From NCBI GenBank assembly GCA_047967505.1, contig CM106538.1: 64,000 nucleotides of DNA. One strand, 5' to 3'. Made by a program: the position numbers and the translations under genes. Position 1 is the first letter of the stretch. Each line of letters starts with the position of its first letter. The DNA comes from Dipteris shenzhenensis. Taxonomy: Eukaryota. The notes beneath the pieces were generated by a model. The model was not told the origin of the DNA and searched no databases. It worked only from the letters and a program-made list of their open reading frames with translations. Below, piece by piece: positions 50,401 through 64,000 of this stretch.

Positions 50401-51860
50401 CCTAAACAAATGAATTGCATGACATTCATATTGTAATAATAGAAGCAAACCACCACGATGGTGGAAGTTAATATCCTAGTGTGCAACCAACCACCTACTG
50501 GCAATCACTTATCCTATATTAGAGGGGTCGTTAGCCCCTAAAAAAGACTCAATTAATATATATCTAGGATTACTCTTATACATTTGAATTGGTTTCACTC
50601 AGAATGAAAAAGTGGTTCTGAAGTAGAAGTCGAAAGGAAAAAAGACGGGTGAAAATAAAAAAAAAGAGTAGCCAAAGCTCTAAGAGATCAAGTGTGCCAT
50701 CTCTAAATAACTTTATATTCACACAAGGATTTTAGGATAGTGGCATGACATAGACCACATTGGGAGCCTTCAACAATGTACTTCATAAACTATGGGTCCT
50801 TATAATATTCAAGGCCTTCCCACAATTCCTCCTAGAATCGATCCATCTTTCGAATGACAATCTTGAGTTGATGTTGTGGAACAATAAGTTCCTCCTTAAA
50901 TTGATCAATCTCATGTATGACAATCTCAGGTTGCCGAGGGAAATGGTTTCATCTTCCGTAGGACAATAGGTTGAAGAAATGTTGTTGCTACCATGGCTTT
51001 CCATCTCTGTTCCATTATTGTTCCTTCATTGGTTTGTATTGAAGAGCGTGCAACTTTTAGCAATCTTTCTACATCATTGCTTCAATCACTTTGGAAATAT
51101 TTATAATATTGGATCACTTAAATCACTTTAGAGCTTTGTACAAATCACTTCGTCTATAATATTGGATATATACAGACATATAGATATATGTAGATATTCT
51201 CTACAGTTGTCTTGACACTATCTAGACTCAGAGCATTCTCCTAACATACTAAGTGCTACCATCATCATAGTGACATCTCTTCCTCTCTCATTAGCATTAT
51301 CCAACCACTTTATTTCAAATCTTCAACTCAGTTTAATTGAAATCTTTTGTTTTACATTATGGTCCTTGGCTTGTCAAGGGACACTATCTAGTCACATAGC
51401 TGAGAAAACATCACTTCAATCACCTTGGAAATATTTTAATATTGCATATACATACATGCATACCTACATGTATTTTAACAACTGTACTTACATTGAGAAA
51501 TATGAAATCCCATAACTAATCGACAAATTCACAAATCCTAAACGAAGGAATTATATACCATTCATTTGGTAATAGTAATAATAGAATCAAACCACCATGC
51601 TGGTGGCAGTTAATATCCAACCACAGTGTTGGCGGCCACTTATCTTGCTATCCTACACTATCGTCATGCTATCTTAAACCCTTTAGGCTGGTTCTCTTTA
51701 TTTATTGTCATATTTCATCCATTGGGCTGGTGACCACAAATCCTAAATGAATGAATTGTATGCCATTCATCTTGTAATAATAGAAGCAAACCACTGCATT
51801 AGTGACACTTAATATCCAAGTGTGCAACCAACCTCTGAGCTGCAACCAACCAGTGCTATA
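50401..51860 (+). repeat. Dispersed ~100-bp direct repeats (target of the TIR element)
   Basis: CCTAAA.(G/A)AATGAATT..CATTCAT..GTAATAATAGAA.CAAACCAC at ~50401, ~51537 and ~51742, with a partial copy at ~36161. Confidence 0.75.
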
Positions 51861-51999
51861 CTAAAACGAATCGCATTGCTACAAAGTGTTATCCTAAAAT
51901 AGATAAATTGCTCAAGTAAACTTTGGAGAACTTTAATAATTCAATAGATTACATACTGATAACATAGACTACATCTCAAAGACTCCTTTCCTTTAGTAG

Positions 52000-54200
52000 G
52001 TTGGTTCCACATTGCTTTGAGCAGATTGCCTTTTTGAGCTCCCTGATTGTAGACTCAGCCCTCCTTGCTCCTTTCCTTGTTACTTTTTGGAAGGGGGCTG
52101 GTTCCTCCCTTTAGGGGCTCGGCCCCTCCATGTCGCTTCCTCTTTCCTTGCTTTGAGCTCCCTAGTTGCAGGATCGGCCCTTCTTGCTCCTTTCCTGGAG
52201 GGGGCTAGTTTCTCCCTTCAAGCTCCTTTTCTTTGCAGTCAGGCTTTTCTTGGCCTTCTTCAATTCAAGCTCCTTCTCTTTTGCAATTTTTGCCCAAATG
52301 GAAAATTGAGCTGTAGCATCTACTTTCTTGTCGTAGATAACTATAGCAGGTAGGCACATTTGATCTATCCATGACCTACACAATGGCACATTACTTACTC
52401 TATATACCAAGCTTGCATGCACAAACACCCCAAAGCAAAAAACATGCACAGGGTGGTAGCACGCAGGCCATCGGATCATACAGTCATCTATGATTGGGGG
52501 TATGGTAGACCATGCATTTCAAAGGTCCTACTGCATAACATGATAGGCATCTAATTTAACTATTGCAGTCGTCAATACCATAGTTTGACTCTATACACGC
52601 AGAAGTTGCCTCTTTATTCCTTCCTCCCTCATCCTAAGATTGCGGATGTTCTCCTTCATCTCCACCACTCTTTGCTCACTCCATGCAACAACTTCATTTG
52701 ATTCCCTCATAATCTCTTGAAGGTGCTTAAATTGCTCAATAGCATCAACATGGGCCATTTCCAAGACTTCCACTCTAGTTTGGAAATCTCTTATGATGAC
52801 GGACTACTTTTCAAAACTTTCAAAAGCCACTCCAAGCTCGTGCATAACCCTATCATTATCATGTTGCAGGGTCTTGTAGCTTAATCTTTGAACTTGTAAA
52901 AGTGCTTCTAGATAAAAACCCCCCATGTGGTTGTTGCAACTTGCTCCATCGTGGCTGCTCTCTGCATCCTCCTTGGCCTAGAGAGCTACCTCATTGTCTT
53001 ATCCACCGTGGCTTCTCTCTGCCCCATCCTTCTTGGCCTTGAAGCTCTCTTACAACTATTGCATCGCCACTCTGGTTTCTACATTCTCCCTATTCAGCTC
53101 CATCATCTAGTTTTTCAATGTTCAATGTGTTCTACATGTTGCAGAGCCGTTTGTAAAGAGCCTCCTTTTTGGCTCTCTATTCTTCAAGATTCTTTCACAT
53201 CGTTCCTAGCTCTTTCTCCGTGATGTCCCCATCCTTTATGACATCTTCAAGCCTATCCCAAAGCTCCTTGATGCACTTCTCTGCTTCTTCTCTTCTATGC
53301 CTTTCCATGTCCACCATTTTTGCAGTGGCCTTAGCTTTCTCTCGTGCGTGCATGTCCCTGACTTTTGCCTCCTCTACCTTGGCTTCTGCACCCTCCCTTA
53401 TACTTTTCTCATATTGTGCTGTCTTTGCTACATCGGTGTCCTTATCTTGTAGAAGAGTCACCTTCTGAGACATCTTCTTATCATGTTGCTCAAAAATCCC
53501 TTTGAGGGTAGATGTCATTAGGTGCATTGCAACTCTAGTGGATTGAGCTGCCAATTTGGATTTTCCATCCATGCAATTCTTCAAGTTGGTTATCATGCTC
53601 TTGGAGATCACCCTTGAGAAAGAGACATTGCATCCTTTTACTTGCTCTACTGCTGCTTTTAAACCTGCTAGAACTTAAAGGTTTCTCTTGTATTAGGAAA
53701 GAAGTTAACTATCTTCTATAGCACATCCTGGAAGTGTGTTGCAAGCTAGAAATCTTGACTCCACCATCTTTACTAATCTAAGCATTGGGGTATACATTTA
53801 GAATATCCTATCTCTTCCACTGCTTCTCCAAGAAGTGTGCTTGCAAATTGCCTCTAGGAATGCCTAGCGCATTTTCAATCATGCTGTGAGTGATGGCAAT
53901 CTTCTGACCTTGATAGACTATTTGTCCCTCCATGTTCACTTCCTGTACCAACTTGGTGAAGTTGTTGAGAGCATCCAAATTGGACTTTTAAAGAGCGAGT
54001 GAAGATATATGTCACGATTTCAAGATCAAGGGAGGAGAGTCTCTCACACTATGCTACAAAGGGGGAGCTCTCGGATTGTGCAAAGGGGGAGGAAAGAATA
54101 TGTGAGGAGTTCCCATGCAGGGGATGAGGAAATATTATGTGAGGAGCTTTCAAACTATGCAGACATGTTTTGAAGCTCAGTATGTCCAAGTGGATCCATT
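52000..54200 (-). pseudogene. Degraded coiled-coil protein with a putative RING-H2 finger, probably TE-borne
   Basis: Long E/K/R-rich coiled-coil fragments, then CLSC...PACYHPVHVFC...PLCR across frameshifts. Confidence 0.45.
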
Positions 54201-54680
54201 ATGAGAGGGAATAGAAGTTGCAGGAAGAGTTCAAGGGAGAAAGAAATAGCTGAGAGAGGGATAGAAGATGAAACAGAGAAGGAAATGGAATAGTGGAGGC
54301 TTAGGTTTGCAGTTTGAGTGCAAGGGAGAAAGAAATGGTCATGAGGGATAGAAGATGAAATAGTGAAGGGAATGGAATAGTGGAGGCTTAAGTTTATAGC
54401 CCGATTGCAAGGGAGAAAGAAATGATCGAGACGAAACAATGAAGGGAACAGAATTGTCAAGGTGAGAGCCACCGCGATGGTTGGCCCAAATTTTGATTAA
54501 TTCAAGGTAGCAATTGCACCTTACATGGTAATGAGTGTCAGATTATGCTTCATGATTTACATTAGTGATAATTTTTGCCACCTTCTATCAGTGGTGGTGG
54601 CGGCTAACATTCCATCGAGGTGGTGTCTAAGATTGGCACCATGTCTGTGGTGGTGGATAAGATTCCATTGGGCTGGTAGT

Positions 54681-55670
54681 TTTAGCCGGAAAAGTAATTG
54701 AGACCAGATGCTAGAGGCTAAGTATGGCGACGCTCAAAGGCCATAGAGAAAAGGAGATCATGAGGGCGAAGGGATGTCATAGGGGTGAAAAAGGAATTAG
54801 AAGTGGAGGGAAGGAAAAGGGAGACTATGACACAAGGGGAAAGGGAGAGGGGGAAGAGAAGCATGTACATGATAGGAGGAGGAATCTTGAGATGTAGACA
54901 TCAAGGGAAGAGAACCATACTTTATTTGAAAGAAGGGATGAGAGGGAAATATCAAAATACTAGCTAGGTGGCTTTACAAGAATGAGCGTGTCTCATCAAG
55001 GAATAGCCCCTTCCTTTTATAGCCAAAAGAGGGGGTCTCTCCACATTAATGTATCCTCCCACATGCATGGTGTGTGTGGAAAAGTCTCCCATGTGGGCTA
55101 GGTGGTTACGCACTCTCAATTGTGTGCAACAACCCTTTGCCTCAATTTTCCACATAAATCAAGCCCCATATCTCAAGTCTATGATACTCCCTTGGTCTCT
55201 TTCCAATTTTATAATATGTTCAAACCTCTAGGAGGACAAGTGGAGGGTTGGCACAAGGAATCTTGCCACCTCATCCTACTTTCCCCATTATTTAACTAGC
55301 TCTCTTGGTCCTTCTATACTTATCCCACATGGGCCTATCCCATATGGAGGGAATAACTCAATATAATATCTATCTCCACCTATTTTATATTGCTTCTCCC
55401 ATGGACTTTGAGCCATATCTCACTAAATGCAGCCTAGGTGGAGGGGTGGCACATGGAGGAGCCATGCCACCTTGCATTTTATAATATTACTATCATGGAT
55501 TATGTACAACACATCTTATGGGTCCTCTTACATGGAAGGGTGGCACATGGTCATGCCCTACCACCTCAACCTTGGGCCCTACGCACACCATAGTTTATTA
55601 TACTATTGCCACATATACAAACACACATACATATTAATGCCTTTTTCCTTAGACAATTTTATCCATAACA
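54681..55670 (-). mobile_element. Solo LTR of the same Gypsy family as 46936-47846
   Basis: Inverted homology to 46936-47846. 5-bp TSD GTAGT (54676-54680 / 55671-55675); starts TGTTATGG on the minus strand. Confidence 0.88.
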
Positions 55671-56700
55671 GTAGTTAATTACCAACCATCGCAATGGTCC
55701 ACAATTACTCACCTACTAGTTACCACCACCATCGGGCTTGCATGATCAGTAGAGTGTAGTTAATTACCAGCCAGCAGGATTGCATGCTCAATAGAGTGAA
55801 TGGTAATGGGCTTGCATGATCAGCCTAGTGCAATTAGTTACCAGTCATCGGGCTTGCATGCTCAATAGAGTGCATGGTAATGAGTGATTGGAGGTGATTA
55901 GACTTCATGCTTAATGTTTGTGGTAACTATTGCCACCTTCCACTGGTGGTTGCGACGGTCGATGGTAGTGGCTCCAAGGTGGCATCTATGATTACCAGCC
56001 ATGTCTGTGGTGGTGCCTAAGATTCCACGGAGCTACCCATTAATTACCAGCCACCGTAGTGGCCTACAATTACTCACCTTCCAATTACCATCACCAGGCT
56101 TACATAATTAGTAGAGTGATGTTAATTACAAGTCACTGGGCTTGCATGCTCAGTAGAGTAATTACCATAGTTTATTGCTAGTTAATTACCAGGACAATCG
56201 CATCTCCTTCATGATTACCATCCGTGTTGTAGCTGATTGCCACTACCTTCGGTGGTGAGGTCGCATCTAAGATTCCTTCGAGCTGGTAGTTAATTACCAA
56301 CCACACCACAGTGGCTTCTAATTAAAATGTCTCATGATTAAATTTGAATGGCACCCTCCTTGGATTTCGATTAATTAAGGTGGTGGTTTAAAATAGTTCA
56401 TGATTATTTAGATAGCACACCGGGTCTCTAGGTGAAAAGGGAGAAGAAGAAGATCCCTGTCGATGGCTTGAACTTTAATTAATATATGGTCTATGGCATT
56501 TGGCATTTGGCTACTTTGGTTTAAAATGGCTCATGATTATTTGGATGGCAACCTCCTTGGGATTTTGATTAATTAAGGAGGTGGCTTAAAATGTCTCATG
56601 ATTATTTGGATGGCACACTGAGCCTCGAGGTCCAAAGAGAGAAGAAGGTGATGATCCCCAGTAGCTCCACTCAGCACGGTGGCTCGAACTTTCTAATATA
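55671..56700 (+). repeat. Degenerate tandem repeats (TAATTACCA / GGGCTTGCATG / CATGATTATTTGGATGGCA motifs)
   Basis: Recurring motifs that continue the sequence at 54500-54680 across the solo LTR. Confidence 0.7.
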
Positions 56701-57936
56701 TGAGGTCCGTGGCATTAGGCGTTTGGCCACTTTGCTCTCATCTACCCTTGCTCTACTACTTTTCCCCATGCAACCTCCTCCAGCTCTCTTCCACCCTTGC
56801 TCTATTTTGCTCCACTCATCTCGTCCCCTGCTCATTCACTCCATTACTCACCCACTCTTTTCGCCATGCCTGTTACTACTATCGCCCTCGATGCAACATG
56901 ATCCCAATCTTTTTTGCCTTCTCACATATAAGGTCATTGTCATGCACTTGTTAGGACTTGAAATGCTCGCTCATGTGGAATCTCTTCGTTCCCTTAGTCG
57001 ATCCCTTTCCCCCCACATCTGCATGTCACCACCTTCGATGGCATGCACACCTCTAGCCTCTACATGGTTGTGTTGTATGGATTCCCGGGAGATGCTAATG
57101 AAGGGATAAGGATTTTCATAGTAGAGTACTCTTGTCTTGTTGGGGGTACTATAATTTGAGAGGAGCATTTGTGCAATGTGCACGGTCTCTTCGGCCTCTC
57201 CACCGTCTCTCCATCGGGTCCTCAAAAAAATTGAATGCAACAAGCTGGTCTGGCGGCAATGTTGAGTTGTACAAATATCCTCTTGCTATCAACAATCGGC
57301 AACACTAAGTTGTACAAATATTATCTTACTCAATGAGGCTCATAACCACTTAGCAATGGATGTAATGTTTTGGCCTTTAAGGCTCTCAGTGATCTTTTGG
57401 ATCACTGGATGTAATCTTTTGGTCTCTAAGGCTCTCAGCAATTGCTGAGCTTTTACAAATGTAATCTCTTTGTTTAATTTGAGGCTCTTAGTATAAACTA
57501 TTGTTAATTTTTATATAAATCACTCAGTAATGGCTGAGTGGTTATCTTGCTAGATGTAATCTTTTGGCCTTTAAGGCTCACAGCAATTGCTAAGTTTTTA
57601 TAAATGTAAGATCTTTTGTTCAATTTTTGATCTTAGTATAAATTATTGTTAATTTTATGTAACATGTTATTGGATGTAAATGTAATCTCTTTTTCTCAAA
57701 TTTTACTTGATGAATTGTAGTTGATTATTTGGATGGCACCACTAGGCCTCTAGTCACTCTAGTGGCTTGGAATAATTTTGCCCTCATTTAGGAGTTATTA
57801 CAATAAGGACTAAAGTACCAGTAAAGTAGGACTACATTTTCCTTAGTTGAGGACCAAAATAACGCTAAAATAGCTCTAACAACCCATTGTGGCGGTTGCA
57901 TGGAGATACATCTATAAAAATACAATCAAACTTTTA

Positions 57937-58104
57937 GAAAATGCAATTGATGATATGGCCCTTGAGGGGTCCCCTCTAGGGACAAGGGCCATATCGACAT
58001 GGATTATACAATATCTAGGATGCCACTGGACAGATATGGCATTTTGATATGGCCATTGTCCCTAGAGGGGACCCCTCAAGGACCATATCGACAATTGCAT
58101 TTTC
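57937..58104. repeat. MITE-like inverted repeat (~60-bp arms)
   Basis: GAAAATGCAATTGATGATATGGCCCTTGAGGGGTCCCCTCTAGGGACAAGGGCCATATC and its near-perfect reverse complement ending at 58104. No TSD found. Confidence 0.75.
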
Positions 58105-58899
58105 CTTGGTTGCACAAGAATATACATTTTCCTTGGTTCACTAATATATAACTCCAAGAACCAGCACGGTGGTTGTCATAGATCTCCTTTTGATTGCTAG
58201 CACAATGGTCGTCCTTCTGTAATAAGTAAAATAGGTAACTCCATAACTCCAAGAACAAGCACAATGGTCGCTCCAAGCCAACCTTGAATATTTTTGATTT
58301 TGCATGAGCGCACTGCTCGGTGAAAGGTGGAAAAGTTATTACAAAAGGCTAGGTGCAATGGCAGGTGGTCAGGCAAGAGAGTATGCTACATGAAACAGGG
58401 CAAGGCTACCATGTGTTAAGCTTTGCAGTGTTTAGAATGATAGACTGCGTCTCATCATTTTGCCAAGAACCAACGCGGTGGTCACTCCAAGATAACCTTG
58501 AATTTTCATGATCTGCATGGACACGCTGCTCGGTGATAAACTTGCAGCAAAAGGCAACATAATGGCAAGTGGTCAGGCCACTGCGCTGTGCAAAGCAATG
58601 CAGATATGCACGATGTAGTTGTGCTAGAGACTGCATTGCACAAATTAGGCCAGAGGTGACCATGTGTCAAGTTCTATGGTGTTCATAATAAATAGATTTC
58701 ATCTCATTATTATGTCAGTGCAGCATCACAACGTCGAGAAAATTTTCGGCATGAGAATGGGTCCGTCCCAAATTCAAAATCTCACACAGGAGTGCATCGC
58801 GTCATAGCCCAAAAAATAGTTCTACAATTGGCTACACCAAAGCAAACGTTGACCCTAGACTAATCCTGCAATGTGGATGAAAGGTATTCCTAGTATAAT

Positions 58900-60400
58900 T
58901 TCATAGCCATCTGGCTGGTCATGGAAATCCATTAACAGAAACTAGACTCGATAGGTTAGATCAAAGGTACTCTTGATGTTGATGTCCTTAGCACTCCTAC
59001 CGATTGAGCTATGGTCCATCAACTAATTTGACATGAGCTTTGTACTCTTCATTTTAGGTCATCCCCACTTGTCCCAACATTGTTTAGTGATGATACTTAT
59101 ACCAGCTCCTCCATGATTGTTGTAGCATCCTCCATCCAGCTCCTCCATCCTCCATCCATGATTGTTATAGCATCCTTAGTATGGGAAGTACTGTGTTAGT
59201 GTCATTACACTCAAAGTACTAGCCCATCTTGTTAATGGATATCTTAAGGAGGTTTTGATCCTGAACCGCTGCATTCTACTACCTTAGAGGACACATTTTC
59301 TTGGGTCACCATTTTCTTGTTCATTATCTTGTCTCAAGGTTTCAATGGGAATTTCGACCTTAGTGGTGGATAGGAAGGCACTTGGTCCAAACACATCCTG
59401 AGGTTGTGTGATTAGCTTCTAGCCCACCGATTGTGGTTTTCCAATCCAATAAAAGGATGTATTATTCTCTTCTTTTTCTTGGTGCCATGCAAGGTCCTCC
59501 TCCAACATCTTATGCCTTAGGAGTGAACGTCCTATTGATGAACCTTGCGATCCTTTCTCATCCACTCTTTCCATTATAGGGGAGTCTTTAGGGGCTCTAT
59601 GAGTAGTTTGATAGTTAAAATGAATAGTGTTTAGCACCTTGATGGACTTGAGCCATATCTCAAATCTTTATTAGAAGTCATGCACCAATTGTTGTGCCTT
59701 GGTAAGGTGTTTCTTCTCAATGACAAGGTGTAGGTAATCACCCTGACCTTTGGGGTCATATGTTTCCTATGAGTCAACACTCCCCAAGTATCATCCCTTC
59801 CTTTAGGTGATAGATTAAATTGGTTATCGACCAAGGGAGTATGCCACTAGAAGAGACTGAGGTGAACAAGGTGGTTGTGTCCTCATAGGAGCAATTTTGA
59901 ATAATCACCTTGTTCGAACCTTTCCCTACTTTAACTGCACCTTTACCATTTACCTCTCTGGGTTGGGATGTCTAGCTTTATATTTGGTGTGCTTGCATTG
60001 TTTTTTACTAAAGGCTCAAAAGCCAAGTCCTTGGTTATTGCATTTAAAGATATCAAACATACTTGGCCTCTTTCTACACTTAGCAAGTTAATGATGGCCT
60101 TAGGTTCTGTGGTAGTTTTAGGAGTCCTTCGCATTGAAAGATGATGCATTCCACAACCATAGAATAATGGTGCACCTGCATTGGTGGTGGTTTCCATTGG
60201 CATGGTTTGTTCATCCTCATATGGACAATACTTTAAGAATTGAGGTCTTTGGCCGTTGTAGCATGACACCTGCTGATTGGTTATCTTATATGGACACTCA
60301 CTAGCCCTATGGGAACCTTGACATGTGTAACATTGCATCGGGGGTCTTTGGGTCAAGGTCTTCATATCCCTGGACTTTTGGGAGATAGATAGACTAGCAT
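58900..60400 (-). mobile_element. Highly degraded Gypsy gag-protease remnant
   Basis: CCHC knuckle CYTCQGSHRASEC and a protease-like DGGAGISII motif near 59085-59115. Confidence 0.65.
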
Positions 60401-61345
60401 ATACTGATTTTCATGCATAACATAGTGACTTATATAGCCAGGTATCGGTTTGTAGGGGGGTGGCCTAAGCATTGGGGAAACAGGGTCGAGCCAAGATAAA
60501 ATTAGGAGCCATGGAGGCTCCAAGATTTCAATCTTCACCCATCTCTCTGTCAAAACTAATGGAGTCTTTTGAGCTAGAGATATCCACTTGGGATCATCCT
60601 TTTAAGCTAGGCACTTGGCTGGATAGGATGTTGATAATATTGAAAGCATTATGTTCCAATTTAGGATCAGATGCACACAACCGTCTAGATCTCAGGTGCT
60701 TGTAGGTGGATTAGTGTTGATGGACACCTAGGAAAGCCCTAACAATCAGGTCAACTATTGTCAACTAACAATGACCGGCTAATTCAACATGTACCGGGTT
60801 ACTTTCTTGGTGTGTGTTGGGACATTAACTCAGAGTGTGCTGGGTTATGGTTCATTTAGTATGGTGTCTTTTTTGAGAAGATTCAAGGTCCAAATAATAA
60901 TTTCTAGTGCTTGTGACCTATTTGGGCATTGTCTAGATTATCAAAAGACTTCAAGAGTGCTAAATTTTATGATCCTCCCTTTTAGTTCAATCAATTACAA
61001 AATTCACCCATTTTATCAATATTTGAGTTTTAGTTTAGTGGTTGTGGTGGATGGTTGATCACTTAATGATCAAAATGATGAATTTCAACTCAAAATTAAA
61101 CCCTTGCAGTGATGACTAACGGATTTAGCATTTGCGAATTAGACTTAATTCAGCATGTGCATGCACTCAGTTGGATAATTCAACATGTGTTGGGTTAGGG
61201 GTCGTCGACTCTTATTTTGGATTCGATTTTATGCATTTAATGTGCCAACTAGAAGACCTTGTTAGATGTCAAAGTGTCAGACTGTGTGAGGTAGTTAAAG
61301 CTAATTCAATGGTCCTGAAATAATGCAACATGCGTTTGTAAGAAA

Positions 61346-64000
61346 ACAATACAACGTCTATGCTCAACAGATAACAGGATCTCGTATGCAAGAGAGAAAA
61401 GCAGATAGTATGGAGAATCAAAAATTTGATTACTGTAAAACTGATACAATAGATGGCGCTACCTCCCAGCCGTGCGCTCCTGTGTGAGAAGCTTCGGTGG
61501 CATGCTGGAAACAGTAGAGGACGGAGGCTGGATGCTAAGGAATCAGGGTTGCTGCTAGCCAGTGATGATGATGGGCTTCACAGGCTTGCTCTTATATAGC
61601 CACCAATTGTAGTCGGTTAGACCCAATTGGGAGACCGACCCAGTCAGCCCAAAACAACCGATTGGAGATCGGTCCCAAAATAGGCCACCGACCACACGTT
61701 AGAACCGTGGCGCAACCGTGGCGCAAAATAGAGCAACTGACCTACGAACACCGTTCGGCCCAGAGCCATCCGAGATCATTTGGGGCTCCAAATGAGCCTC
61801 GCAACTCGAGAGTGGGCTGCCTCGAAAAATGCTCCGTCTACCCTTAGTGCGTTCAGTCATGGGATGCCTTCCCACACTTGCATGTAGCCTAGTTGGCAGT
61901 GTGCCAACTCTATCTGAAGCCGTCCAGCCATCAGGCCACACATGGCCCCCATCTGGTGTCCAAACCAGGATCTACCAAATAACCTAGTTACTCAAATGCC
62001 TTCTCCTCATATGGGGGGCTCACAAGTAGAGCTAGCTGGTTCCCGCGTAGTTATAGGATAGTGGAGCATTGATATCTAACACCCCCCCTTAATGTCCACC
62101 TGCAAGTGAACTTACTTTTTCGGCCCAATGCCAAGTCGATGAAGATGCCTCTCTAGGAAGTCTCTTCCAAGAGCCTTCGTAAAGATGTCCGCAGCATTCT
62201 CTATAGTCGGACAGTACACCAAGTCGACCTCTCCATCCATAATGAGCTCGTGTACAAAGTGATATTGAATCTCAATGTGTTTTGTGCGAGCATGGTACAT
62301 AGGGTTCTTTGCAATTGCCATGCAACTCTGATTGTCACATGATAACTGCGTAGGCTTGTTCTGCACTACACCCATGTCCCCTAAAATCCTCCTCAACCAC
62401 ACTTCCTCACAAGAAGCAAAACATGCTGATTTTTTGTACTCAGCCTCGGTAGAAGAAAGCGCAACTGTAGGTTGCTTCTTGCTGACCCATGACACAGCTC
62501 CAGATCCAAGTGAGAAACAGTAACCTGTCACTGATCTCCTGCTGTCCATGTCTCCTGCCCAATTCGAGTCATAGAATCCGGTCAAGATGTTGCCCTTAGT
62601 ATAGGTGATGCCATAATCAAGTGTGCCTTTGATGTATTTCAGCACCCGCATCCTTGCCCTCCAATGGTTCTCCCGGGGCTTATTGGAAAACCTACTTAGT
62701 ACACCAGTCGCAAAGCTGATATCCGGCCACATGTTGCATAAGTAAATCAAACTGCCCACAAGCCTTTTGTACACTTCGGTTCGTCCACCAGTGGTGATGA
62801 ATCCTCGTTTGAGAGCTTCACATCAACCTCCATAGGGGTGCCAACTGTCTTGCACTCAGCCATGCCAAATGCCTTCAGTATCTCTCCAGCATACTTCAGC
62901 TATGAGATGAAGATCTGTTTTGGCTCTTGCCAAACTTCAATCCCCAAACAGAAATGCATCAGTCTGAGGTCTGTCATTTCAAACTCTCTTCCTAGCAAAT
63001 GCTTTGTCTGCAAAATCTTCTCTTCATGATTCCCTGTTATGACAAGGTCGTCCACATAAAGGACCACGATCATACACCTGCCTCTAGATATACAAATTTG
63101 CATCAAATGGGCTCCTCCTCCTGGACCCGTTTTGCAGAAAGTAGGCACCAATCCGCTGGTACCATGCTCGTGGGGCCTGTTTCAGCCCGTAAAGTGCCTT
63201 CTTTAGTTTACAGACTTTACCTTCTGAACCGGGGATCACAAAACCTGGTGGTTGTTCCACGTATACCTCCTCCTTGAGATCTCAATTCAGAAAGGCGGAT
63301 TTTACATCCATCTGAAACACGGGCCAACTTTCATGTGCTATTAAGGCCAAAACACTGCGAATTGTGGTTAGTCAAGCTATGGGAGCAAAAGTATATTGAT
63401 AATCAAAACCATGTACCTGTGCGAATCCTTTTGCCATGAGCCGAGCCTTGTACTTATCCAACGTGCCGTCGGACTTATACTTGGTCTTGTACACCCACTT
63501 GGTGCCAATTACCTTGCGTTTTGGTGGTCAATCCACAAGGTCCCAAGGTTGTTCTTCATTATGGAGCCATATTCCGACTGCATAGCCTCCATCCACCTAT
63601 CATCACCCTGTGCCTCTTCAAGACACTTGGGTTCTTCAGCACGGATCACCTCTGTCGTCAAAGCGTAGTTGACCGAGTGTTCCTGTGCCCTTCTTTGCTC
63701 CTCTAATCTCTTGGACCAGCGGTGTTCGGATGATTCCTCCTTAATTGCTGGAGGTTTTCTACCGTCCAAAAGCTGCTTTACCCACTTCGAGAATGGCCGT
63801 TGCCGTTGAGGTTCTGCAGGCTCTTCTTCCTCTTCTTTATGTTGAATCCTCCCAAGCACTATTGGGGGAGTTCGGTCTATTGTTGGTGGTTGTACTAGAT
63901 GGATATCTTGGTCCTGGTTGTCTGGGAAGGAAGCATCCTCCTCCAATTTATGCGACTGTTCTGAGAAGACCACATCGTGACTTACTATTACCTTCTTGGT
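61346..64000 (-). mobile_element. Ty1/Copia family A, copy 2 (RT-RNase H plus partial 3' LTR), extends past the window end
   Basis: High nucleotide similarity to 19311-21300. The LTR ends AACA at 62081, next to the PPT; motifs LYVDDL and HARTKHI. Confidence 0.93.

Noticed and set aside
46936-55670. Inverted ~0.9-kb repeats as long TIRs of one element
   Set aside because: One copy follows a PPT and integrase, and the other has its own 5-bp TSD, so they are two LTRs.
55671-56400. Short repeats with variable spacers, superficially CRISPR-like
   Set aside because: The repeats are degenerate, the spacing is irregular, the spacers are themselves repetitive, the context is eukaryotic and there are no cas genes.

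Overview
Repeat-dense land-plant genomic DNA, probably a seed-free plant such as a fern. That assignment is an inference from intron style and retroelement types, and the species cannot be determined here. The only host-like gene is the 3' part of a glyoxal/galactose oxidase (GLOX) gene at <1-855. The rest is a nested stack of decayed transposons: an endonuclease-bearing Helentron-type Helitron with an RPA-like gene, two CACTA elements, a LINE fragment, several Copia and Gypsy pieces, a solo LTR, a Sola2-like transposase and three related MITEs with 8-bp TSDs. The most notable feature is a ~13.7 kb DNA transposon at 36672-50400 with 34-bp CATTAG TIRs and a 7-bp TSD. It encodes a transposase with a Transib/RAG1/Chapaev-like motif order and chromatin-themed cargo: a ~372-codon histone H3-like gene whose long tail has three H3 N-terminal-tail mimic motifs, a BAH-like domain gene, and an unknown gene. 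All TE ORFs here are pseudogenised. Family and domain calls rest on motif recognition by eye, not on database searches.
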